A stretch of DNA of 64,000 nucleotides from Cyclobacteriaceae bacterium (GTDB lineage Bacteria; Bacteroidota; Bacteroidia; Cytophagales; Cyclobacteriaceae), in assembly GCA_035304385.1 (NCBI GenBank), contig DATGQD010000062.1:22119-86118 (forward strand). The letters are read 5' to 3'. Below, one piece after another: positions 17,868-26,720 of this stretch. The notes under the pieces are model-generated. The model saw only the letters and a program-made list of their open reading frames with translations, made no database searches and was not told the origin of the DNA. Position numbers and translations under genes: made by a program. Positions within the stretch are counted from its first letter, which is position 1; every line of letters begins with the position of its first letter.

Positions 17868-18308
17868 ATGATGGCAACAGAGCTTAGCAAAGACCAGCTT
17901 GAATCCGTTCGCGAAAGCTATTTCAACATACTTGCCCTTTTCCTGGAGCAGGATCAGATCGAAAGCCGCTACATTCGCTGCCTGCTGAAATGGGGCGTAC
18001 AGCTGCGAATCAACCCCGATGACCTGAGCCGGTCGTCCAAAGACATTTCTACTATCTCTTTTTCTCTCGACAAGGTCGACAAACTGGAAGCCGTGTACCA
18101 CCTCGTACATATGATCTACTTAGACCGTGTGGTGGAGGACGTAGAATTGGAGGTGGCGACCATCTATGCAAACAGACTCGGCTTCCAACCTTCTGTGGTC
18201 AGTGAATTGTTCACCGCAATAGTCACATCCGACCCCAATAATGCCGGCGAACGGGACGTCCGGAAGGAGGTAATTGAGTTTCTCAAGCTCCACAAAGACA
18301 AGATTTGA
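17868..18308 (+). CDS. hypothetical helical protein (possibly TerB/DjlA-N-like)
   Basis: 146 aa from ATG 17868 (MMATELSKDQLE...). All-helical, acidic composition. The family assignment is only a guess. Confidence 0.55.
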   Translation: MMATELSKDQLESVRESYFNILALFLEQDQIESRYIRCLLKWGVQLRINPDDLSRSSKDISTISFSLDKVDKLEAVYHLVHMIYLDRVVEDVELEVATIYANRLGFQPSVVSELFTAIVTSDPNNAGERDVRKEVIEFLKLHKDKI

Positions 18309-18568
18309 GGAGAAAAAACCGCGTTTGAATGTAAGGATTACCGGGTCACCCATCGTATTTCCCCGACTTCCTGCGGCTAAATCAGAACAACCCATTTCAA
18401 AAGTGTCGACCAACGGCGGATGATGCCGGTCAATGGCATCCGACGGGCCGCACCTGTGTTCAGGTTCCGAAACGTATTAAAGAGCCTACCGATGTAGGGT
18501 CTTTGCACTAAACGATTTATTTAGTTCCCACGCAATGCCGAAGTTCGTATCGTACTTCAACTAGTGCG

Positions 18569-18742
18569 ATGGACTACAGCGTAAGAGCAAGAATCATCGC
18601 GGCCGGATTTCGGCGAGTGGTCGGAGTGGTAAAAATTTTCCCTGGGGAACTCACTGACGCCGCAAGGCTCATGAAGACGAACCCCGTAACAAGGCATTCC
18701 AGGGAAGATAACATCCTTAAGACCATTTTTTTAGCTTGCTGA
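18569..18742 (+). CDS. possible 57-aa protein (absent from ORF track)
   Basis: Hand translation gives MDYSVRARIIAAGFRRVVGVVKIFPGELTDAARLMKTNPVTRHSREDNILKTIFLAC*. It ends 30 nt before a strong terminator. I recognise no family. Confidence 0.25.
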   Translation: MDYSVRARIIAAGFRRVVGVVKIFPGELTDAARLMKTNPVTRHSREDNILKTIFLAC

Positions 18743-18771
18743 AATCGGGTTTAATTTAGTTTCATTTTTTG

Positions 18772-18800
18772 ACGGCCTCTATACGAGGCCGTTTGCTTTT
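18772..18800 (+). terminator. strong intrinsic terminator (+ strand)
   Basis: ACGGCCTC-tatac-GAGGCCGT, an 8-bp perfect stem, followed by TTGCTTTT. Confidence 0.7.
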
Positions 18801-18836
18801 ATAGGCTGTCTTCATAGATTTCGGAAAAACCACGCC

Positions 18837-20024
18837 TTGGATTTCAGCCGAGAAACCTTTCTCACACACCTGGCCCAAACCACGCCTTCGCCTTTCATGC
18901 TGCCCATCGAGCGCGCGGAAGGATCGTATCTGTACACGCCGGATGGGCGTCGGTATCTCGACCTGATTTCCGGTGTTGGCGTCAGTCATATCGGGCACCG
19001 CCATCCTAAAGTGATCCAGGCCATCCGTGACCAGCTCGACCGCCACCTGCACGTTATGGTATACGGCGAATACATTCAGTCGCCCTCCAACCTGCTCGCG
19101 AAAAAGCTCGCCGGCCTGTTACCGCCAAACCTTAACTGTTGCTATTTCACGAACTCAGGTACAGAAGCAAACGAGGGCGCCCTGAAACTCGCAAAACGGT
19201 TCACCGGCCGCACGGAGATCGTCGCGTTTAGGAAGTCGTACCACGGCAGCACCCACGGCTCACTCAGTGTGACGGGCAACGAGACGAAGAAGAACGCCTT
19301 CCGGCCGCTGCTTCCCGGCGTAACGTTTATAGAATTCAATAATCCGGACGACCTGTCCCACATCACCGACCGCACCGCGTGTGTCATTATGGAAACCATC
19401 CAGGGCGACGCGGGCGTACGGATTCCCGACCGTTCCTTTATGGCGAAGCTAAGGAAGCGTTGTGACGAAACCGGCGCCTTGCTGATCCTCGACGAGATCC
19501 AGTGCGGCATGGGACGTACGGGGACGCTGTTTGCGTTTGAACAATTCGACATCGTGCCCGATATCCTCACCGTCGCCAAAGCCTTTGGTGGCGGGTTGCC
19601 ATTGGGCGCATTTATTGCCGACAAAGAGATGATGGCGTGCCTTGCGCACGACCCGATGTTGGGTCATATCACCACCTTTGGGGGGAACCCGGTTTCGTGC
19701 GCGGCGTCTTTGGCTACCCTCGAAGTGATTATGGAGGAGCGGCTTTTAGATCAGGTCGAGCACAAGGGCAGCCGCTTTGAAGAACAGCTTCGCCATCCAG
19801 CTATTAAGGCCATGCGCCGTATCGGATTGATGATGGCGATCGACTTCGGAACGGCCGACGACGTTCAGCGTATCGTACAGGGTTTGCTGGAAAAAGGCAT
19901 CATCACCTTTTGGTTCTTATCCCACCCCAACAGCTTCCGCATAGCGCCACCGTTGACGATATCGGAAGAGGAGATCGCGGAGGCGTGTGAGGCGATTGTA
20001 GCGGTGATCGGAAGAGAACGGTAG
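18837..20024 (+). CDS. class-III (acetylornithine/GABA-type) PLP aminotransferase
   Basis: YLDLISGVGVSHIGHRHPKV, FTNSGTEANEGALKLA, LILDEIQCGMGRTG, and PLP-Lys context DILTVAKAFGGGLPLGAF. TTG start. Confidence 0.9.
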   Translation: MDFSRETFLTHLAQTTPSPFMLPIERAEGSYLYTPDGRRYLDLISGVGVSHIGHRHPKVIQAIRDQLDRHLHVMVYGEYIQSPSNLLAKKLAGLLPPNLNCCYFTNSGTEANEGALKLAKRFTGRTEIVAFRKSYHGSTHGSLSVTGNETKKNAFRPLLPGVTFIEFNNPDDLSHITDRTACVIMETIQGDAGVRIPDRSFMAKLRKRCDETGALLILDEIQCGMGRTGTLFAFEQFDIVPDILTVAKAFGGGLPLGAFIADKEMMACLAHDPMLGHITTFGGNPVSCAASLATLEVIMEERLLDQVEHKGSRFEEQLRHPAIKAMRRIGLMMAIDFGTADDVQRIVQGLLEKGIITFWFLSHPNSFRIAPPLTISEEEIAEACEAIVAVIGRER

Positions 20025-20027
20025 GGG

Positions 20028-20178
20028 GATTATCGATTGGCGATTATCGATTTTTGATTTGGGATTTGCAACCACGAAGAAGTTTATGGGGTGAGGCCGT
20101 AACTCCCTCTCTGAGGGCCAGCCCAATTCAGGGCCATCAAATCTCAAATCTAAAATCGATAATCACTAATCGAAAATC
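20028..20178. repeat. long imperfect inverted repeat filling the convergent aminotransferase-gap spacer
   Basis: The left arm GATTATCGATTTTTGATTTGGGATTT (20042-20067) matches the reverse complement of 20139-20164 (GATTATCGATTTTAGATTTGAGATTT) with 2 mismatches. Extra GATTATCGATT / AATCGAAAATC copies flank the arms. Confidence 0.7.
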
Positions 20179-20180
20179 AC

Positions 20181-21185
<1,005 letters not shown>

Positions 21186-21290
21186 CTAAGGGTTAAAATT
21201 ACGGGAGCCAAAAATAAACGACCGGGGCTCCAAAACCAATGAAAACAGCTGAAATTACGGGGTTTGGAACTAAAAAATGTATTGCACCGG

Positions 21291-21321
21291 TTTGCAATTA
21301 GGTTGGCGCGGGCTATCTTTG
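21291..21321 (+). promoter_or_regulatory. candidate Bacteroidota promoter TTTG-N19-TATCTTTG
   Basis: TTTG at 21291-21294, a 19-nt spacer, then TATCTTTG at 21314-21321. This matches the -33/-7 consensus. It lies about 105 nt upstream of tRNA-Glu. Confidence 0.45.
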
Positions 21322-21429
21322 CGACACTTTTCGACAGCCCTGCCGCTGCCGAAGTACGCGCAAAGGAAGCGAAACTACAACGCGCAATCGTTTACGGTCG
21401 CGCTATTTGATTCGCCGCGCAAATAAGTT

Positions 21430-21501
21430 GCTCCGTTCGTCTAGGGGTTAGGACACCAGATTTTCATTCTGGCAACACGGGTTCGATTCCCGTACGGAGT
21501 A
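21430..21501 (+). tRNA. tRNA-Glu (anticodon UUC)
   Basis: Cloverleaf folded by hand: acceptor gctccgt/acggagt (G1-U72 wobble), D arm gtct-aggggtt-aggac, anticodon stem ccaga/tctgg with loop ttTTCat, T arm acggg-ttcgatt-cccgt. CCA is not encoded. Confidence 0.9.
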
Positions 21502-21511
21502 CAACCACAGG

Positions 21512-21564
21512 GTGAGCGTGAGTGTGGGAGCGAAAAACGCCCCGTCTTACGCTCACTTTTTTTT
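21512..21564 (+). terminator. intrinsic terminator after tRNA-Glu
   Basis: GTGAGCGT (21512-21519) pairs with ACGCTCAC (21549-21556). An inner GGGAGCG/CGCCCC helix is present, followed by T8. Confidence 0.65.
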
Positions 21565-21570
21565 GTGGCC

Positions 21571-21650
21571 TCTCTTCCTCACACCCACACCCACTCTCAC
21601 ACTCGCTCTCACTCTCACTCTCACTCTCCCTCTCTCACTCCGTCCTTTCC
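21571..21650. repeat. G-poor CTCACT/CACCCA-type short tandem array
   Basis: Sequence is tctcttcctcacacccacacccactctcacactcgctctcactctcactctcactctccctctctcactcc. It shares the 20-mer ctcgctctcactctcactct (21602-21621) with 57550-57569. Confidence 0.65.
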
Positions 21651-21724
21651 TGCTTGTTTTTCCTTCGGGATTATTGCTAGATTTAGGCCGGTCCCTTTCA
21701 AATGGTGTTACTAATTCCCCAACT

Positions 21725-22963
21725 ATGAAAAAGCATTTAGCTGTTATGTGCCTTTTGGGCATAGGCATACTTGTTTCCTGTAGCCGCAATGAATCCTCAG
21801 GACAGGATCAGTCGACAGCACCGGCCGACGGCCCGCTGCCGCCTGTGGAAACAAAGGACCCGAACACAGACTATAAACCCGCGTTTCCAGGACAAACCCG
21901 CGCGCCGGGGGTCAAGACCACCACGCCCTATGAGGCACGGGTCGTGACCGACGGCCTTGATCAGCCTTGGGGTATCGTCCAGCTTCCCGACGGTCGCTTT
22001 CTTGTCAACCAAAAGACAGGCACCATGCGGATCGTGTCGCCCGACGGCACCAAGAGCGAGCCGATAACCGGACTGCCGGAAGTGAACTCGGCTCAGCAGG
22101 GCGGGCTCCTGGGGCTCACCCTCGACCCGAATTTCCCGGACAACAGGATGGTGTACTGGGTGTTTTCGCAAAGAACGCAGGGTGGCAACCTCACCGCTGT
22201 TGCCAAAGGCCGCCTGGCTGACGACGAAAAGACGATGGAGAACGTCCAGGTTATCTACCAGGCCAAACCCGCACACAGAAGCTCCCTCCACTATGGAGGA
22301 CGCATACTCTTCGATAAGACCGGTAACCTCTTCGTAAGCACCGGCGAACGATCCGATATGGAAACCCGCCCGTTGTCGCAAGATCTCAAGACAGGGTTAG
22401 GTAAGATTGTCCGCATTACACCTGATGGACAACCCGCACCCGGCAATCCTTTCGAAGGTAGAGCCGATGCCCTGCCGGAAATCTGGTCGTACGGTCACCG
22501 TAACGTTCAGGGGCTGGCGTTCCATCCCGAGACAGGCGACCTGTGGGAAACCGAGTTCGGTCCCCGTGGCGGCGATGAGGTGAACCTGATCCAGCCCGGC
22601 AAGAACTACGGCTGGCCTGTCATCACCTACGGCATCGAATACCGCGGCGATCGCATCGGAGATGCTATCCAGCAGAAGGAGGGTATGGAACAGCCGGTCT
22701 ATTACTATGACCCCGTGCTTTCCCCCAGCGGCACCACGTTCTACAGTGGCGATGCGATCCCCGAATGGAAGAACAACCTGTTCATCTGCGGCCTCAGCAG
22801 TGCGCATATCGCCCGCCTGGTCATCGAAGACAATAAGGTCGTGGGTGAGGAACGCCTGCTGGCAGACGAAAGACAACGCTTCCGCGACATCACCCAGGGC
22901 AGCGACGGCGCATTGTATGCCGTGACCGACCAGGGCCGCCTGTATAGAATAGGAGTGCAGTAA
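21725..22963 (+). CDS. PQQ-dependent sugar (glucose/sorbosone) dehydrogenase, lipoprotein
   Basis: MKKHLAVMCLLGIGILVSC lipobox from ATG 21725. GHRNVQGLAFHPETGDLWETEFGPRGGDEVNLI.PGKNYGWP is typical of soluble GDH-type beta-propellers. The track start at 21512 crosses the tRNA terminator and the repeat. Confidence 0.85.
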   Translation: MKKHLAVMCLLGIGILVSCSRNESSGQDQSTAPADGPLPPVETKDPNTDYKPAFPGQTRAPGVKTTTPYEARVVTDGLDQPWGIVQLPDGRFLVNQKTGTMRIVSPDGTKSEPITGLPEVNSAQQGGLLGLTLDPNFPDNRMVYWVFSQRTQGGNLTAVAKGRLADDEKTMENVQVIYQAKPAHRSSLHYGGRILFDKTGNLFVSTGERSDMETRPLSQDLKTGLGKIVRITPDGQPAPGNPFEGRADALPEIWSYGHRNVQGLAFHPETGDLWETEFGPRGGDEVNLIQPGKNYGWPVITYGIEYRGDRIGDAIQQKEGMEQPVYYYDPVLSPSGTTFYSGDAIPEWKNNLFICGLSSAHIARLVIEDNKVVGEERLLADERQRFRDITQGSDGALYAVTDQGRLYRIGVQ

Positions 22964-23062
22964 CTCCCAGGCAGGTTTTATCGCTTTTATCCACGATATT
23001 CTTTATTATCGTTATTATCAGCGATATTTGATAATATCCTTACTTTTGACGATAATTATGTT

Positions 23063-23707
23063 ATGATTGCCGTCATTACGGGGGATATTATCAATTCACG
23101 GGCTTTGTCGGATCAGCAGGCCTGGCTGAAACCGCTTAAGGCTTTATTGGAAGAGTGGGGGCCGACGCCGGGTACCTGGGAGATTTATCGCGGCGACAGC
23201 TTTCAGGTAGGGATAACGGATCCGCTGACGGCCCTGTCCGCGGCGATGCGCATCAAGGCCGTCGTCAGGTCGGTACCGCCCGATGAGGACGACAAACGCG
23301 TTGCGTCTATCGATGTACGCATGGCCATCGGGATAGGAGAGAAGGACTCCGACGCCCCGCGCATCAGCGAGTGCAACGGATCGGCGTTTGTCAACTCAGG
23401 GGAACAATTCGAGAAGAGTAAGCGCGAGAAGGTGAACCTCGCGGTCCGCTCGCCATGGCCGGAGTTCGACCAGGAAATAAACCTGTATCTTCGACTGGCA
23501 TTGATTGCCATGAACAGCTGGTCGATAACCTCCGGAGAACTCATGAACACTTTGCTGAAGCACCCTCATCTCAGTCAGCAGGAGATTGCCGCCATGCTGA
23601 ACATCGAACAGAACTCCGCAAGCGGCCGTTACAAGAGAGCACACGTGGAGGAAATGTTGCTGATGGAATCCGCCTTTCGCGAAAAACTTAGCCAACGCCT
23701 GTCATGA
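23063..23707 (+). CDS. SatD family protein (cyclase-like N-domain plus C-terminal HTH)
   Basis: MIAVITGDIINSR start, YRGDSFQV and VRMAIGIGE motifs, C-terminal LSQQEIAAMLNIEQNSASGRYKRAH. It is paired with DUF3307, as is usual for SatD. Confidence 0.65.
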   Translation: MIAVITGDIINSRALSDQQAWLKPLKALLEEWGPTPGTWEIYRGDSFQVGITDPLTALSAAMRIKAVVRSVPPDEDDKRVASIDVRMAIGIGEKDSDAPRISECNGSAFVNSGEQFEKSKREKVNLAVRSPWPEFDQEINLYLRLALIAMNSWSITSGELMNTLLKHPHLSQQEIAAMLNIEQNSASGRYKRAHVEEMLLMESAFREKLSQRLS

Positions 23708-24414
23708 CCATCGTACTGGCCAAACTTGTACTGGCTCACCTCCTCGGTGACTTCCTGTTGCAGCCGAAGCGTTGGGTGGCGCACAAAGAGCAAGAGAAGG
23801 CCGCCTCCTGGGTGTTATATGTTCACGCGCTCATTCACGGCCTGCTGGTCCTGATCCTGTTGCAGGATTTTTCAGTGTGGCCGTTCATGCTCATCGTGGC
23901 GTTGAGCCACCTGGCTATCGACGCGGCGCGTGTGTATGCGCAACGTGAAGGTAATCGTACAACGTGGTTTCTTGCCGACCAGGTGATGCATCTCATCGTA
24001 ATCGTTGGAGTTGCCTGGTATATCTCCGGGCGTCCTGATCTTTCGCCATGGATCGCGTCTCCGCACCTGGTACTGTACGTAACGTCGATATACTTCATCA
24101 CACAACCCACTTCGATCGCCATCGCGCAGCTCATGAGACCCTGGGCCACTTCGATTCCGCAGGATCATGCGCCCTCCCTCGAAAATGCCGGCCGTTACAT
24201 CGGTATGCTCGAGCGCTTGTTTGTGTTTGGATTCATCGCCGCCGGACATTGGCAGGGTGTAGGCTTTCTGCTTGCCGCAAAATCCATATTCCGTTTTGGC
24301 GATCTACGGCAAGCCGGAGACCGCCAGCTCACCGAGTATGTACTCATAGGCACACTGCTGAGCTTCGGCGCCGCATCCCTCGCCGGAATTATCGTTCTCC
24401 GTATTTTACAGTAG
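23704..24414 (+). CDS. DUF3307 family membrane protein
   Basis: The N-terminal LAHLLGDFLLQ motif is typical of DUF3307. Several TM helices carry conserved-looking His residues. The start overlaps the SatD stop (ATGA). Confidence 0.75.
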   Translation: MTIVLAKLVLAHLLGDFLLQPKRWVAHKEQEKAASWVLYVHALIHGLLVLILLQDFSVWPFMLIVALSHLAIDAARVYAQREGNRTTWFLADQVMHLIVIVGVAWYISGRPDLSPWIASPHLVLYVTSIYFITQPTSIAIAQLMRPWATSIPQDHAPSLENAGRYIGMLERLFVFGFIAAGHWQGVGFLLAAKSIFRFGDLRQAGDRQLTEYVLIGTLLSFGAASLAGIIVLRILQ

Positions 24415-24568
24415 CATAAAGATTTATTTTCGCCATTGGCGGGGAAGTTTCTATCCGTCCGGTTGCGGTTATTCCACAACGCATGATCCTAAAATGCGTC
24501 TATTCTAACACTCCCATAGCTGGCATACTTTTTCTATGTGTTACGTCGATAAACAAATAATATATCCA

Positions 24569-24754
24569 ATGGACAAGCTGAATTTGAAAGGCAACTGGAA
24601 TGTTGTCAAGGGAAAACTAAAACAAAAGTACGGCGATCTCACAGATGACGATCTCACGTACGTTGAGGGCAAGGAGGATGAGTTCATCGGCAGATTGCAG
24701 AAACGCATCGGCAAATCACGGGAAGAAATCATCGAAGAACTCAGAAGTCTCTGA
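24569..24754 (+). CDS. CsbD family stress-response protein
   Basis: MDKLNLKGNWNVVKGKLKQKYGDLTDDDLTYVEGKEDEFIGRLQKRIGKSREEI is the CsbD signature. ATG 24569 is preferred to 24536. Confidence 0.8.
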   Translation: MDKLNLKGNWNVVKGKLKQKYGDLTDDDLTYVEGKEDEFIGRLQKRIGKSREEIIEELRSL

Positions 24755-24786
24755 TGTAACCAGGATGTTACTTCAGTAACCAGTAG

Positions 24787-24819
24787 GGGGACGTTGAATA
24801 TGACGTCCCTTCTTTTTTT
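24787..24819 (+). terminator. intrinsic terminator after csbD-like gene
   Basis: GGGGACGT-tgaatatg-ACGTCCC(T) stem followed by TCTTTTTTT. Confidence 0.7.
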
Positions 24820-24843
24820 CTGCCTCTGCCTCTGCCTCTGCCC
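24820..24843. repeat. (CTGCCT)x4 hexamer array ending at a stop codon
   Basis: Sequence is ctgcct ctgcct ctgcct ctgccc. It runs right up to the stop (24844-24846) of the minus-strand 540-aa gene. Confidence 0.7.
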
Positions 24844-26466
24844 CTACTTCCCTCCATCCAGGATCTCGTTAATACTATTCCCCGACTTAATCCCCGTGGC
24901 GAGCGACTTCCACCAATAGTTAAATATCGATCGCTTCTTGTCGCGTTCGAAGGCAATCGTGCCGTCCCGCTTGGCTGTCCGCACTTCGTCCTTCTTATTC
25001 TTTTTAGCGAAGAGGACATTCAGGATGAAAGATTTGAATCCATCCTTTTCCTTTGCCTCTTCTTTGTCTTTCAACGCTATCATTTCCAGGTTTTCGTAAA
25101 GCATCATCACGGAGCCGTCCGATTCATCGTCGTTGTAGTCGAAGTTAAAATGCATGGTGTTCATCGTGCCGGAAGCAACGCGAACCTTGGCGAGGTTTTC
25201 GAGAGTGGGGTTGAGTTGCGTTAACTCCATATTGTCCAGCGTCCCTTCTGCATAGTATAGATTTTGAGGGTTCAGCGGAAAAGCAAACCGCGCTTTGAGC
25301 AGGCCGGACTTCATAAAGCGGGTATTCACATCAAGGTTGATAAACCGGTTGAACCCGGTATCCCGATTGTCGATCCCCTCGAACCGTGCATAAAGATGAT
25401 CAAATACAATGCTTCCGCTTTTTGTTCCTTCTTCCGGGAACTCTTCATATACAATCGTGGCATTAGCGATGTCGATTGTACCCAGCCGCACGGTGAAGGG
25501 CAGGTTCTGAAGGCGGACCATCGGAAGCGGTTCAGTGTGATCTTTGATAAAAGGCATCCTGCGGTCGCGGAAAACGTGGAGCGCAGGTTGGTGTATGACG
25601 ATACGATCGGCTTCTATGAGGCTATCGCCGATGTGGGGCATGGGCACGCGGGTAATGCGAATCGAGTCGACCTCAAGATCAAATACATCGATTTGTTTTC
25701 CCGCATGGTGTGCGAATTCGTATTTCGGATGAACCGCCTTGAGGATAATGGCGTCCAGAAATAGGTTCTGATTTTCGTATTGTATGCCCGCGATGCTATA
25801 GCGATACGATCCGCCCTCGGGTGTGTACGTAATACTGTCGGCGGAGACGCTCACAATTTCATAGGCGACGTCCGCAGGCTGCAGTGGCGCCTCGTTCAAA
25901 TTGATACCCAGGTGGCGGATGAGAAAGCCTGCCTGCAACGAGCATACGTTATTGGAGTCGCCTTTCAACAGGAACTTCAGGCTATCGGTATGAAATGCCT
26001 TAATATCGATCCGCGCAAGTTTGCCTTCGGGCCCCTTTGAGGAGGTTTCCGTTGTGTCATGTAACAAGACGTTGTCGATGACAAGCTGGCCGCCACGAAT
26101 GGTAAGCCGATCGATAGCGAGGCGGTCGCGGAAAAGCAGCGATGTTATTCCAATGCCCCGGGCCTCGAGGTGGTCGATCTTCAATGAGTGGTATCGTTCG
26201 GTATGGCCGGGCTGACCATAGAGTACCGTGACGTTATCGAGCGCCGCTCGTCCCGCAAGCGGATCTACGGCAAGCGCCCGGAAGTCGACCGACAGGGTTT
26301 CAGGCAGCGCCCGCTCCAGCCTGTCGCGTATGATGGATTCATAGTTCAGATAGACGTAAACGACCACGCCCACGGCACAGACGAGGAGTATTGCCAGAGT
26401 CGCCAGCAGAATCCGCCAGAACCGACGCGGTTTGGTTGTGTTTGGCATGCAATTATTTTTGCCCAT
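24844..26466 (-). CDS. membrane-anchored hypothetical protein (AsmA/DUF748-like?)
   Basis: 540-aa ORF with one N-terminal TM (FWRILLATLAILLVCAVGVVVYVYL), a long beta-rich body and a Lys-rich C-terminus. The family assignment is tentative. Confidence 0.75.
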   Translation of the reverse strand: MGKNNCMPNTTKPRRFWRILLATLAILLVCAVGVVVYVYLNYESIIRDRLERALPETLSVDFRALAVDPLAGRAALDNVTVLYGQPGHTERYHSLKIDHLEARGIGITSLLFRDRLAIDRLTIRGGQLVIDNVLLHDTTETSSKGPEGKLARIDIKAFHTDSLKFLLKGDSNNVCSLQAGFLIRHLGINLNEAPLQPADVAYEIVSVSADSITYTPEGGSYRYSIAGIQYENQNLFLDAIILKAVHPKYEFAHHAGKQIDVFDLEVDSIRITRVPMPHIGDSLIEADRIVIHQPALHVFRDRRMPFIKDHTEPLPMVRLQNLPFTVRLGTIDIANATIVYEEFPEEGTKSGSIVFDHLYARFEGIDNRDTGFNRFINLDVNTRFMKSGLLKARFAFPLNPQNLYYAEGTLDNMELTQLNPTLENLAKVRVASGTMNTMHFNFDYNDDESDGSVMMLYENLEMIALKDKEEAKEKDGFKSFILNVLFAKKNKKDEVRTAKRDGTIAFERDKKRSIFNYWWKSLATGIKSGNSINEILDGGK

Positions 26467-26720
26467 ACCAAAGAAAAGATCATGCTATCCTCCGTGGCGG
26501 TGAAAGCGTGCTCCAAATGCGCAAAGCCGTGTTTGTTGGAGCCGGGTACCAGGTAATTTTTTCCCCACTCGGACAAAAATATCCCAATCCGGCTATCTTA
26601 GCCCTATTCCACCAGCGTTGCCGTGTACGCGTGTTTCCCTAATTTGCACCTTGCGCCGGCGGTATACTCGCTGAAAAGTAGGTATCTTGGCGAGTACTCC
26701 GATAAACCCAACAAATAGCA

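Noticed and set aside
18309-18836. tmRNA or RNase P RNA in the long spacer
   Set aside because: I found no GGGG...TCCACCA ends, no tag-peptide-like reading frame ending in ALAA, no GGTTCGA T-loop, and no GAGGAAAGTCC or ACAGAACCCGGCTTA-type RNase P motifs on either strand. The spacer is left as unassigned.
21512-21724. N-terminal extension of the PQQ dehydrogenase ORF
   Set aside because: It would overlap the tRNA-Glu terminator and translate the CT-rich array (TPTPTLTLALTLTLTLPLSL). A proper lipoprotein signal peptide starts at ATG 21725.
21430-22963. Genomic island integrated at tRNA-Glu
   Set aside because: No integrase, no direct repeat of the tRNA 3' end, and no mobile genes lie downstream. 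The next gene is an ordinary PQQ dehydrogenase.
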